Assembly (NCBI GenBank): GCA_976551045.1
Contig: CDPCPM010000132.1
Coordinates: forward strand, 2,418,001-2,482,000
DNA length: 64,000 nucleotides
Direction of reading: 5' to 3'
DNA from: Glaucostegus cemiculus
Lineage: Eukaryota
Shown: positions 13,577-26,895 of the stretch, piece after piece
Layout of the letters: each line of letters opens with the position of its first letter
How positions within the stretch are numbered: the first letter of the stretch is position 1
Position numbers and translations under genes: made by a program
The notes under the pieces: generated by a model
The model's input: the letters and a program-made list of their open reading frames with translations, nothing else
Told to the model about the DNA's origin: nothing
The model's database searches: none

Positions 13577-16500
13577 CTGGCAACGAGAAGTGGCGGTGGT
13601 TATTTTTAATCTTTCACGTTCAAGCTGCGGGTAATATCATCTGCAACTAGGTTACAAAAAAAAACCTGATAATCCCACTTACTACTCACTTTTCTCCGCT
13701 TACTTCTGCTTCGCTAATAAGGCTCTTCCGCCTTATAAACTTGCTTCCTTTACCCTTTTTGGATGATGTCCTCAATAATATTTCCGTTCATTTATACCAC
13801 AGAGCAAAATAGTTTGATGAAAATTTAAGTGTCTAGTTTCTGCTGTTCCGTGGATACGAACGTTCACCCGTCAGAACAACAGAATATTTGGAGCAAACAT
13901 TGCTAATCGTCAAAATATGGATGCCGCGAATGTGATGATCATAATATGACCAAATTGTTTCCCTCTACCAGTCCTCAACTAGATTGTTAACCAAGCTTGA
14001 CAGAATAGGACAAATACCCGGAATGTTATACTCAGTACCAACTGTAATACTTGACTGCGATTTCCATTATGCACGGAGTATACTGCGGTTAGATTAAAAA
14101 AAAACATGGCAATTAAATCTAATAAAGGGCGCTGTTCGATGTTTAACATTCAGTACACCATCATGTTATAAATACAGAAATGACTCTCATCTGTTCAAAA
14201 TTTTCGGCCATATTTTGTGGAAACCATTCCAGCAGAAACAGGAAAACGCCGCATTACTTTCATATTGAAGTGGTCATTCTAACGTCGCATATTATCACGT
14301 GTCGAAAAATATAAAGGAAGGAATATATTCTCAGTGCGTACTTGCCAAACAAATTATCCTGTATATTATAAAATCTTCCGCAACGTGAGCACCGACAATG
14401 ATGATGTTTATTTTCTAACACATTCCAGAAACACAGTGGCATTTTGATAGAAATGCAGTAAAATGTGTCCATTTCTTTTAATGGTGCTAATTCGATCGAA
14501 GGTAATGTAGCAGAACCTATGTATGGGGCGATTAGGATAACCAGAATTGTGGTTCTGGTGTGAGCAGGTGAAGAAATACCATGCATGAAACTGAATGACT
14601 CCTTAAATGTCATGGCGCACATGCGCACATTAGAAAATCTGTCGTACAAGGTTTCCATATATTTTCATTTTCTGAAACTGTCGGGATATTGTGGATGGCT
14701 GGAATGGGGAGGGGCAGCAAAGTGCATTAGCATGTGATGAATAAAATTGTACGCTCCAGATAATTTAAATGGCAAATGGATCTCAACGCAACTGAGGGAC
14801 TGGAATAAAGATCCGCTGAAAAGATACCCTATCAATTGTATTAAGTGGGATGATTTACTCTCAAAATATTCCATTCACCATTCATTCAACGAAATAGCAG
14901 CACCTTAACCTTAATTTCCTATCTGTTTTCTTGCAACTTCGTAAGCAGCGGGAACCTCATTAAACATGTTTAAAAATGCTGGCTGAATTACCTCAGCACA
15001 GATGGTTTGTTGCTCCAGACACCACTAATGCCGTCAGATGTATGCTTTGAAAATGTCCATTCGAGCTAGACCACCAGAATGTTTAAAGGTCAACCACCTG
15101 TTTCACCGAGATCTTGAATTCTGTTCAATCCTTAAGTCAGCAGAGCCATATAACTGGCTATTTCCACCTGAAAGTCTCCCCGTCGTAAGCTTAACTTATT
15201 TGGCCCATTAGAACTTGCAAACAGCAATAGTGAGCTCAGCAAATATTGCAGGTGCGAAATTCGACCGTGAAGGATGAGCAGGTGCTTTCGAAAGGTATGG
15301 GGCTTTAACACTGTTATTTAATTTCTTTTCTTTCAGAATCTGGATGCAGCTGGTTGGACCAGTATTCAATTGCCATATATGATTAAATTGACCAAGTGTA
15401 CTAAATTCTTGAAATATTGCAGTGCTTCTCGTGACACATAACCTACACTGCATTCGGGTTGGGTCAGTAGGGAGTTACAGGTTGTAGATTCAGCGAAGAT
15501 GAAGGAAAGACGATATATATTTCCAATTCAGGACATGGGGCGCACGGAATACAACACTCAAGTGAAAGCATTCACGTTTATCTGCATCCTTTTTCCATCT
15601 TGCTGGCTTGACGCTAGGAGAATTGTCGGTTGCGTAGATAAATAACATCAGTGAATTTTGTACGTGTTAATGAGTACAGCAGCTGTGTGCCATTGGTGCA
15701 GGAAATAAGGGTATATGATCCGGGAGACTGATGCTTATAGGGCATCGCGGTGATCGGTACTGGGGCCGCAGCTACTATCAATTTCCTTCAATAACCTTGG
15801 TGAGGGGGTTTGGTGCAATATGTTCATGGTTGCCGAGAATACAAAGCAGGTGTCATTATGGGTCTTGAGAAGGTTTCGTGGAGAGTTTAGTGGGATGTGG
15901 AGGCGTTGAATAACTGTGCAAGTACTTTAGCGATAGAATATGAAGTGGAAAACCTGAAGACATCGACATTTCGAGAAATAAATGGAAAGATGGGCTAATC
16001 TTTAAATGGTTTGAAAACTATTGGTCGTCAGAGAGGTCTGTGTGTTATTGTGTCTGAAACATTGAAAGTCAAAAGCATATTGTAACATCTGTGTTTTAGC
16101 AGATATGTACTGTATGTTACTTGCTACTTCCATTCCATTTTAGAATGTGATAGAGATATCCATGTAAGCGGACATGGACAGCCTTATTTCCCGACGTTTT
16201 GCGAGTACATTTGGAAAATATGCATTCGTATGCGAAAAGCTGACGCCATGGAAATATGTTCTTGAAGTAAGCAGCTGAAAGTAATTAAGCATCGCCCTGA
16301 ACATCTCTTGCATTATGTCTTGGTGTTTGATAAATTAATCTCCACTTTTTTGTTGGTGCAAGGTATGGCTCCATCCATCGCATTGATTCCCACTGCAGAT
16401 CGATTTCAAATTTAACAGAGCTACTGGATGACACGCTCATTCAAATGCGACTTGATGTTACCTTGCCTGCTGAATTCAGACCTTTGGTAACGTACGAAAC

Positions 16501-17825
16501 AATTCTCTGACAACTCTGGTTTTCCCTTGGACCTGGCGAACCCCCGATTTGGCATTAGCGAGCAGGTTGTTGTTGGGGAATTGCAGCTTGGCAGTGATTT
16601 GGATCAGAGTGACTGATCGTCAATTAATTAGATTCGAATGTCCTTACTTTTGTGGGACATAACGTCCAGTTATCTGCAGTGCCGCGTAGATCTCTGTGCA
16701 CAAATTGTACTGGAACAATTGACTACATCGTCGGCTTGTTCTGGAGAGCAGTTTTTCCATTACTGGACTAGTTATACTCTGTTTCCTGTGGAATGGGATC
16801 TAATGGTCCAAATGATTAGCGCATTGACTTGACTTTGTATCAACGTGAGTACTACGTTTCAGCTTTACTTTAACACTGGCAGTGTCGGAATTCCCTGCTG
16901 CGCGAATGAGTACTCCCCGTCCATCACGGATTGTACGAAGAGTTGCTGCGACGTCAGGACCGAGATTATCGAACCCAAGCGAAAAAAAGTGCCAAAAGTG
17001 GGGATTAACTCTCAACACTGAAGAAATTTGACCATTTACCTGACCGGCGGAGAAATTATTTGTGCTCGAATAGGTCAAGATAGTTGGGTACAAAATTTAA
17101 ATTAAAAGAAAACCTGAGAAGTTGTGAGCACAGTTTACATTCATCTTGTCGAATGCACTTCATTCAGACTTTGTTTCTGCAGTGAGTGGAATTTTGAAAC
17201 AATGTACACTGTCTCCCATTTATGAGTCCGCACACTGTTCCATCTCATCATTGAACAGTGTACTTTGAATATAATCTACTGTCGCGAGGTTACTCAACAG
17301 AGAATTTAGAAAAAAACTGGATTTGGACCTCACCAAGCTATTCACTCAGCACATAGTGAAGATGTATCAATAAACCATCTTTTTACTGCCTATGAGTTAT
17401 TAATGAGCTATTTCATAACTATGGGTCATATGCTAACGCTGAAGGAGTCTGAGGACAAGCGTGATCCATTAGTCGATGTTCCCAGATTATATTCAAAAAC
17501 GGCAAGTATGTGTCCATCTACATTTTCATTCATCAGTTAATACCAAACCACATTGTTTCCGTTTTATTCCATTCGGGTCCTATCACCCGTGGGGCATAAT
17601 AATTTTACATGCAGTTGGTATATCTGTACTCAGCAGAGATCAGATTATATGCGTAGCATCTAAGTTGCTTTTCATAAATGTTATTTTATCGGACCATCAG
17701 AGAGGTCTGATTACTACCATCGTATGATAAAATGTTCCATTCAACCTGCACAATGCAGTCTGCTATTGGATTTTACCTATGGACTGGGATTATTGGATGT
17801 GCAAATCTGGACAAACTGTCCTTAC

Positions 17826-18143
17826 CTCTCCGGGTCTTGATTCTTCTCCTCACAGTAGAGTTTGAAGGTGAGTGCGAGACGATACAGGAGTATGTTGCGT
17901 CCTTATTCCAATCGGCTTCAGTCAAATAGAGGAGGCTTTTTGTGCTGAAAGTCATGTCCTGTTGAAGTGCTGTAGGGAACGTGGTAGTGTTCGAGTGGAA
18001 TGAGGCTTCATCTTTCTGCCAGAAAATGGTTTTGTTGTCGGGATAGAACCCTGTTATCAAGCATGTGAGTGTAGCGGTGCGCGCCGTTTTAATCTCCTCT
18101 GGAGACGGGGGCAAGAGTCGGAGTTTTGGTTCTACTGGTTTGG
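17826..18143 (-). CDS. IgNAR: IgNAR C3 exon
   Basis: Acceptor ttctcttgcag|CC at 18143; donor G|gtaagg at 17826; (A)KPVEPKLRLLPPSPEEI..ATLTCLITGFYP..FPTALQQDMTFST..YSCIVSH. Confidence 0.96.
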
Positions 18144-18419
18144 CTGCAAGAGAAGGTCAATGTTAATATTCTGAGAACTATCTTTCGGAAATGTGTTTGA
18201 ATGAAACGCTGCAAACATCGATCAGGACTTCTGAAATCGAGAGAAGGAAACAATATCCCCTTTTCTATTTGAGAAGGTCGCAAACTGTGGGATAGTTCAG
18301 TTGTATAATTCAAATGGAATCTGTGGTGAACTGTTTATTTGTCAGTGGGAGGCAAAGGTTGTTGGTGGTGATAATTTTCTGTTTGGAAATCTTTTTCGAC
18401 TGGCGTACTACATGAATCA

Positions 18420-19140
18420 GTCTGAGACCTCGAAACCTCGTAATGTTGTCGATAGCGAGGAACGGTGTCTGAAGCTACGAAAGGTTATAGATGAGAGAGA
18501 AAGGTGGGCGGAGCATTAGCAGGTGGACTCTAATCCCAACAAATGTAAATCGATGTATTTTGGGAAGTCAGAAATTGAGTATGCCTCACACAGTGAATGG
18601 TTCAACATTGAGTAATGTTGATGAACAGAGAGACCTTGGGGTTCAAGTCTATAGTTCCCTGAAGGTGACAAAACAGTTGGATAGGTTGGCAAAAAAGGGA
18701 TTTTTTGTCTGACTTCGTAGGCCAGGTTAGGAATTTCTGTTGCAATTTGCCAAACACGGGTGAGGCTGCACGTGGAATACAGTGTTCATTTATGGTCACC
18801 ACACGACAGGAGGAATGTAATTAGTCTGGATACAGTGCGTAGAAGCTTAAATAGTATGCTAACTGGTTCGAGAACCTCCGTTGTGGAGTGGAATTGGACA
18901 GGCTGGGCTTGATTTTTCTGGAGTGAGGGAGACTGAGGGTGGACGCAATAAAGACATATACAGTTATTGGCTACTGTAAATTATCCATCGTGTGACTATG
19001 GATGGTCAGTGATGAATGTTTGGAATTATGAGGAAAGTAAATAGGATTAATCCGGAATTCCTGTCAATGTGTGCTCGACCACCGGCTAGGTTTCAGTGGG
19101 CGCAGGAGCTATTCTTATGGTGTTGGACTACATGCTTGTT
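18420..19140 (+). mobile_element. CR1 LINE RT/3' fragment (possibly with a SINE tail) in the C2-C3 intron
   Basis: Decayed 'EQRDLGVQVYSSLKV..QLDR..KK' and 'HVEYSV..WSP' blocks of the CR1 ORF2 C-terminus. Confidence 0.6.
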
Positions 19141-19358
19141 ACATAGAGTCCAATGAAGAATTGGGAAATGTGCACCGATTATAGAAACATTCCTCTTTCG
19201 CCATGAACATGAAATGCCTCACCTATGCTACCAGAGTCCAACCCGATCAACGTCATACCTGTTTTTCTTCTGCATACTATTGCCTGACATCCAGCAGTTT
19301 ATGTTGCTTTTTCAGTATCTACACTGGTTTCCTTTTCTGTTGTTGTTATTTCACCCAC

Positions 19359-19661
19359 CTTTTGTCTTTCTTGTCCGCTTTGATATCAGAGCACCTGAAT
19401 GATTTTGCTGCGCCGAGCACGAATATTCTGCCCCACTGTCCCACTCCGCCACACTGCTCGTCAAACGGCTAACTGTCAAGTACTGGTTCCCGACCTTTGT
19501 TGCTTGTTGGATTTCAACACTAACAATCCTTTCCTTCCCATCCACTGTCCAAGATATCAGAACCTCGTCTGGGGTTGTGGCGATCACTTCACACAGCAGG
19601 GTCGCAGTTTTGTTGATCCAAATTTCTTCAACAGTCGGATTACTGAGAAATATTGCGAGTT
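19359..19661 (-). CDS. IgNAR: IgNAR C2 exon
   Basis: Acceptor tttcag|AA at 19661; donor G|gtgggt at 19359; (E)LAIFLSNPTVEEIWINKTATLLCEV..W..GNQYLTVSRLTSSVAEWDSGAEYSCSA. Confidence 0.96.
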
Positions 19662-20028
19662 CTGAAATCAGAATTGATACCAATATTTACTGATGACGAA
19701 CGGATGACGAATTTAGCACTGCATACAATTTCATCATACTCTGTAACATGTTAAGAACTTAAGATGCTACTTATTCATTGTTAACATGCTTACGACGTCA
19801 TTTCTGGAACCCTTGAGTCAGATCATGGCACTGTGCAGCTCTACTACACTACAAGGAGAGAAAAATGACGGAAAATGAATGACATAAAGTCATTTAGAGA
19901 AAGGAGTAGAGAAGGATGGATGGAGAGTTACAGCCAGGCACCCCCGAAAATAATGAAAGTGACAAATTCCAGGCGTGGGGAAGGGGCTTGGTTTGTGGCA
20001 GAACAGCCAGAGGGGTGCAGATAGGTAC

Positions 20029-20032
<4 letters not shown>

Positions 20033-20090
<58 letters not shown>

Positions 20091-20120
20091 GGGGAGGGGG
20101 ACAGGGAGGGGGAGAGAGAG
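20033..20120. repeat. (AG)n microsatellite (~28 units, 20033-20088) followed by a G-run tract, in the C1-C2 intron
   Basis: Directly visible perfect AG repeat, then ggggga-ggggg-acaggg-aggggg. Confidence 0.97.
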
Positions 20121-20858
20121 AGGTGGAACTTAGAGGGATAGAAGGTGGGAGCGAATGTCAGAGTGAAAGGGACACTAGTAAATCTGCAGTGCTGAAGATC
20201 ACTCGGAGATTGCGTCCAATTACTCCCTGAAATTTCTTCTATTGATAGCATGTCCTTCGCCTTTTATAAACTATTTTATAAAGAATGAAAGACTTAGCTG
20301 TCGTTTTACTGTGATTAGTCCAGTGATTGCCTCGCCACCCCGTGAATTGCACCAAGCCCACCACCACATACTTTCTTCCTTTCATTTCCCTCTTTATCAA
20401 CCTTCTCATTTTTGCATGCCCACATCTTGTCACCAGGTAACAGATGCAACACATCAGCACAAAATGAAAAGTAACAGATTCTCAGTGCTGAAGAGTAAGA
20501 CATAAAATTTTCTCCTTTGCTTCTCTTCCAAAATGTTGGATTCCTCAGAATCGTCTCCTATAAATACTATTTGACGCATAACTGTGATCATTCCTGTATG
20601 TCTCAAGATCTCCGTTAAATACAGTTTGCAAGAGTTGCTTGTACTTCTCACCTCTGATACTTCATGTTTGCTGCTAAAACATTTTGCATTCCCTTCTCGG
20701 AATTGCATCGCCCAAACTTTACATTGATGCACATATTAGTCTTCACCATTCCAGTCTTTTTGAATCCATGTCGATAAATGATCTCAACGCCCCGACAAAT
20801 GAAATACTGACGATGAAAATGGAAATGTTTCACCCCACCTTTGTTGACTGTTTCTCAC

Positions 20859-21179
20859 CTGACTCAGCTCGTATTTCTTTGTGAATGTTGCTTCTGGTTT
20901 CAGAGTGGGATACTTGGCAGGAATACATGGATCCGCTGGTCCATTCCTTCAGCGGTACTTTGAAGACACTTGTGGAGGTAAACGTTCCGTCAGAAGTTTT
21001 AGCGGGGGATGTGGTAGTAAATCCAGACTGCACAGCTTTTCCGTTTTTCTGCCAGGTCACCCCGATGTTTTCTGGCTCGTATTCACTGATGAGACAAATG
21101 AGTTTCACAAAACCCTTTGCTCTTTGTTCGTCGGTTGCGGAGTAGACGAGATTGATCGTTGGTCTTGTCGGTTGTTTTA
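20859..21179 (-). CDS. IgNAR: IgNAR C1 exon
   Basis: Acceptor tttcag|TA at 21179; donor G|gtgaga at 20859; PTINLVYSATDEQRAKGFVKLICLIS..WQKN..FTTTSP..YSCQVSHS; 'SAT.EQRA..FV.L.CLIS' is characteristic of IgNAR C1. Confidence 0.96.
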
Positions 21180-21879
21180 CTGAAATTAACAAAAATACTC
21201 AATACTGCAGTTGTGGTAAGACATTTTCCACCGCGTCCTGCCCAATATCCATCCTCAGCTAAATCATAGTTTGAATGAGCGGATCAGTCTCATGTTGCTC
21301 TTTGTGACAACCTGCTGGGTAGAACCTGCTGGCAACAACATTTAATACATTGCAACAGGCACCACACGTCAAGAGCTCTGTTATTGATTCTTACGCTTTG
21401 GTTGAAGGGGTAATTAAAATTATGTATTTCGTTTCGTATGCTGATATCACTGCATGCAGCTAATTGTCATTTATTTCCCTTAATGTTTTATTTTCTTGGA
21501 AATTCACTCCGCACTCTTGACTATGGCTAGCAGAGAATTACTCGCAGCAAAAAAAAAGAACCACAAATTATGCCAGGGTTGTGATAAATAAATACACCTG
21601 AAACGTCGCCAATCTGTCCACATACCAAATTATTATTATTTTATCGTCTACGCAGTGGTTATCTCCGTAATTTCGGGGACGGGCAAAAAACTATGTTGTG
21701 ATTTCAGCTTGTTTCCATTTTTGTCAAACTGCACCTTGCAATTTGACGAGGTTTAAGGTTACTGCAACTGGCGGAAACATGGAGAGGGTGCGGTGTACCC
21801 ACGAGATCAACGTGCTCAGCTAAGCAATTACCTATTATCAAACAACCTTTGGCATGGTGTCACTTGAGTTCACCGAGTC

Positions 21880-22140
21880 CATGCTGTCCATCAAGCAGCA
21901 AGTCCATTCTTACACTAATCTTAACATAATTATTTGTGTTCTACCCAAATCCTCATCAACTCCTCCAACGCCCAGCTACCCCATATTGTACTACGATGAA
22001 CAATCTGAGCGATCAGTGGGAGGAAATTAGCGCAAACTAGGATACTGACAAGGAGAAGGTGTAACCTCCACACAGACAGCAACGGGACTTAATTTAAACC
22101 GTCGGACATAAACTTTACCAGCTGATCCACTCTACTACCT
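21880..22140 (-). mobile_element. Old V-SINE/HE1-like remnant in the J-C intron
   Basis: gtgggaggaaa..ggagaaggtgtaacctccacacagacagc resembles the reverse complement of the V-SINE core. Confidence 0.4.
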
Positions 22141-25100
22141 ACGACTCCACACTTTCCCATTACTGAAATTGACGACTAATGCACATTTACAGCACTTCCC
22201 TGCTCCTTGTGAATTCTGACAATAATCAGATATGCACCTATATCTTTTTTTATGGAGTAAATTTGAAATTATTGGCGATTTGATGGAGAAGTCTGCACAT
22301 CTGAGATGGCATTGCCATTGTGTTCAAAGTAATTTGAGGACGAAAATAATCCTATAAATGTTGAACGACAATTATTTATACAATTTTTGAGAAAGTGCAA
22401 GAGATTTCACACCAGCTAAGAAACTCAGCAGCGTCAACTAGTGGTGGAAGTAGGAAGCACACTTTCAGCAATTGACCATTCTCAGTCTGTGATTTTATGA
22501 GTTGATCGCAAGTAACTTCAGGCGAGTTCTTTCGTTTCTCGTGTCCCATTGCATCTCAGCTCATTTCAAATTCCATCGTCTGTTACCTTATTAACCTCAA
22601 CCTCAACTCAACATCTCATATTTGACATTGAAATTGAATAAATTATATTTCCGAGAGGTCAGAACTCCACATTTATCCGAATAATGAACGAAGAATGCTT
22701 CCTATTTCCACTACAGGATGTTCCAACTCAGCTGTTAAAGATATAGTTTATTGTTATTTCTTCTTACTGAAGAAATATTTAATCTTCATCTAAGTTTGGA
22801 AATCTTTTGTTCATCACAAGCATTTCAGCTGCATCATCTTCTGTTACGAATGGAAGATTAGCTACAGCATATGGCAGAATTTAATCCTTTCAGCACTGGT
22901 GCAATCTACATAAACCTCCACTTCACATTCCAAATATCCAAAATATTTTTTTAAGACGAAGGGGACAGAGTTATTTCGTTGAGATTTTTTTTTTCAGGAA
23001 AAGTTTGATCTTTGGTACTCTCTGCAAGGTGTAGTTTCTAAATGATGCCACTGAAAATGAGTATTCGTTTCTGTAGTGCAATCTTTAATTCTTTTATCAA
23101 TTTATCAATAATGCTTTTATCAATAATTAGCCGAAATCCTAATAGATTATGCAGTATTTTTACTACTGGAGAAAACGAAAGAACACTGAACTTCTGACAC
23201 AAGTTCTGGTCTCCATAGTCCTTCACTCGGAGCATCTACAATTTTCAAACATTTTCGCGTTTATTTCTTACCAATACAAATTTCTCATCCCTGGTTTCCT
23301 ACGTCGAACTCCTCCAGCTACTCCCCAGCTAGCCCTGATTTCCCGCTCCTCTAACCCCCTAACGTCGTTTGTTTTAGTTGAAATCGGCAAGGCAAAGAAT
23401 GTGGCCCCAATGTGGGCAAGTGGGGTTAGTGTGAGCCGACTGCAGAGTGTAAGCTATAGGTCGAAACAGAGTGAGTTGAAGGTATGAATAGCGTAAAATA
23501 GTCGCCATGGACATAGTATACTGAAAAAAAAAAGTTTCATTTCTTTACGTCTCCACAAATCTGTGATCATGTGATGCACCTGCTTTGTTATATACCAGAG
23601 GCAAATCCATTTTAGCATCTTTTCAGTTCATTCCTCTTCGAAGAGAACCTAAACAATTTACCTTCTAATCAAATAATGCCCCTAGATTTCGCAAGTACAA
23701 CACTATAACTCTTAGTTTTCTTCCCGTTGCAGAAAAAATCTCCATAATCTTAATTATCTTTCCAATAATCTTCCCATAATACTTCCGGAATTTTAGTACA
23801 ATAGTCCACAAGGATGGAGACGGGCGTTCATTGTTAACTTGGTTTAGCAGGTATTTCTTCATACTTTTTGTGAGTATTGTCGAAGCAGTTTTGAGGGGTT
23901 AATGGACATGGTTGGAACTGACAGGTGATGAAAATTACTCTTTATGAAATGCCGCATGGTTTTAACTCAAGTATGACCCTATCTCAATCTGTAATCCCTC
24001 CATGTGAATTTCACTTCTCTCCCTTAGCACTGCATTAGACACAGGGTCCTGCTCGCAATCTCTCCTGCCTGCTCATTTTACCGGCGTTGTACCCTTTCCA
24101 ACGAGCAACTCGCATCGCAATGACAGCATAATTCATTCTTTCTAATACCACCGCTTACTAAAATACCTCAGGCTGTCTGTAACTGACATGGTCATAGATG
24201 CCTTTGTCAACATTAATCCCTGTAAAGTAGTGAAAATCCCTGGAAGGTAGTGTCATCTCTCTTTAGATTTTCAGAGAAAGTGCGGGTTGAGCAAATTCCG
24301 TTTCTCATTACTACAAATTTGAAAGGAGTATATTTGTCTGCATTCTAGTCCTTTGACGAAATGGATTCAGAATGATTTCATTTATTATCAAAACCTATTA
24401 ATACAAGCAGGGTGGGTTTTCTCTAACTGTATAGTACACTGATTGCACACTTAACGAGTATTGCTCAGCGTTCCACGCATCAAATTGTACCTCACTTGCA
24501 GTTCAGAATTATCCTAGTCACATGGGGAATAATAAATTCAAGAAATGAAGATCTGAGGGTCATTCAATTTGTCCACTTAACTCTGTCTGAAATGATAACT
24601 TGAGACAGGATGAAGATGGTATTTACGAGAATACTACCAGGAATCAGAATTATTATCGACAACGAAAGAGACTGCGCTTGATTCTTTAGGAGAAGCGGGG
24701 GTTGAGAGTATGGTTACGGATATTTGGAGGGGATTAACTGTACTACACATGGGTACGGTGTTACGGAAGTAATTTGACAGAACAGCAGCAGGAGTCCAAG
24801 AACATTGAAGGGCAGGATCAGCTCGAATTCTATCATGCATATTTAAATTAATATAATAAAAGAAAACATATCTTACTAATGGTAACCCGAATCCATCGGA
24901 CTGATGTCAAAACACCTCCTGCTGAATAATATTCTTGAAGAAAGGAAGGAATTCTGCATTTTTTCCAGGTCTGTCCATTATATAAATGCAGACTTGCCAA
25001 TGCTTTGTTTTTAATTTGCTTTCTCTACTCTGAAGCAACAAGGAAAGCCCGACTTATACCCACATCATCAATAATATTCACGTGACAAAATGAATAAATA

Positions 25101-25689
25101 AAACGTAAAGAAGTGACAGTGGTTTTAATTTTTCAATACTACTGGGGTCGTTCCATTAGACAGGAAAATACCATGTTGATCTCAAAAAGCCAGAACCACA
25201 GAAAACAAGAAGGCATGTCAGTTAATCGAGCGCCTGTCATATGCAAACTATGATAAGGTATTATTAAAATATTATCGCAGTGTATTTAGGGAAAAAAGCA
25301 ACATAATCGGACAAAGTCAATATGGCTTTGTGAAAGGGAAATTATGTTTAACCATTTTACTAGAGGTATTTGAAACAGTAATCAGCGAGTTGAATAAGGG
25401 GAACCAGCGAATGCATTATCCTCGAATTTCTCGAAGGCATTTGTAAACTTCTGCATGAAAGATTTCTCCGGAAAATAAAAGCTCATGGTGTGACTTATTA
25501 GTGTTCACTAAACACCATTTGGTCACAGAAGTTAGACAATGGGCATAAGTAATTATTTGTCTGCCTGTTAAGGTATTTATAGTTGAGTGCTGCAAGAATA
25601 AATGCTGAGCCTCAACTTTTACAAATTCTGTAAAACATTTAAACGAAGGTATTGAGGATATATAAAAAGATACAGAGGGATACCACATT

Positions 25690-26000
25690 GAAACAGGTTG
25701 ATTGGCCCGCCAAGGCCGTCCGAACATTTATCAGGTCATTTACACGAATTCCATATAAATTCATTTCAGTTTCTTCTCCCCATGTTCACATCAACTCCAG
25801 CAAAATGCTAACGTTTATTACTCGGGGTAATTTACAGTTGCCAATTGATTTACCAACCTATAATCTTTGGAATGTGGGAGGAAAGCCGAAAACACGGTGG
25901 AAACTCACGTGGTTACAAGGAAAATATGCAAACTCCACACAGACAGCACCCAAGGTGAGGATTTAATCCGTGTCACTGGCACTGCGAAGCCAGAGAAAAT
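25690..26000 (-). mobile_element. V-SINE/HE1-like SINE, decayed
   Basis: ttggaatgtgggaggaaagccg..gaaactcacgtggttacaaggaaaatatgcaaactccacacagacagcacc is the reverse complement of the V-SINE core. Confidence 0.65.
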
Positions 26001-26812
26001 TAACACAACGTTACCATTTCTTGCCACGGAGTATATACAACATAGGGAGGTCATGATTGACTGGTATTGAGTAACGATCACTCCAGATGTTGAGTATTGG
26101 TTGCTATCTTCATCTCCTTACTTTTTCGCAGAAGTGAAATACTGCTATTCGGATCCACATTATGTAAAAAAAAATCCAGTTTAAATTGAACTGAAAAACT
26201 AGGTTCGTGAATACCGGTGCTCCACATAACTGCAGATCGTGACTTTGACCAGTGATGAGCTAACCCATATTCACAAATGGCAAGATATGATATATACACA
26301 TTTACATCTATGCAGCAGGTAATATTGTTAAGTTTTTCGTGTGGCGGTGTGGGGGGAGGGCGTTGTCGTGCTGCTGGGCGAAGAGAATTTCTGTGCTTTA
26401 TTTTGTAAAGTTACTCTAAGTTCAGCTTTCCTTTTTTAGACCAAGAATGTTCCATCTTTGTTGGGAGAAGAAAGACGAATTTACTGTGTTCAGGAACATC
26501 TGAATGAATAAATATGTTTCAACAACCTTTTCAAATAAGTATCCCAATTCATTAATAGCTGTTAGTAATATATTTATGTTTGGAGGTAAATTATATGGGT
26601 TAAAGCACGTTCGTCGTATTCTCGAAAGAAGTTATTTTAAAGATATTTTTTGAAGTTTAAGCCAATTATGCGAAGGGTGAATCAAACCAAGGCTTTAAAA
26701 AGACATTATCACATTGCTTTACTCGTTTCCCGATATTTGAACTAGAATATTAATTACGCTTTTCTCCCCGGGAAAAGGACTTGGTGAAAATGTAATAAGA
26801 GCGGTCACTTAC

Positions 26813-26856
26813 CAGGTTTCACCGTCAGCTTTGTGCCAGATCCGTCATAGCAATAA
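26813..26856 (-). CDS. IgNAR: IgNAR J segment (germline)
   Basis: Encodes YCYDGSGTKLTVKP(G), the IgNAR-type YDGxGT motif instead of WGxG; donor G|gtaagt at 26813. Confidence 0.93.
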
Positions 26857-26895
26857 CACAATGATTTACTTCCTAGTCATCCCATTTCAAAAAAT
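26857..26895 (+). promoter_or_regulatory. J 5' recombination signal sequence, 23-nt spacer
   Basis: CACAATG (26857-26863) + 23 nt + TCAAAAAAT (26887-26895). Confidence 0.85.

Noticed and set aside
16800-17093. 97-aa minus-strand ORF in the long C3-C4 intron as an extra exon or hinge
   Set aside because: No Ig-domain Cys/Trp pattern and no convincing splice-site pair
19916-20251. ORFs with (ER)n and (LS)n runs
   Set aside because: Translations of the intronic (AG)n microsatellite
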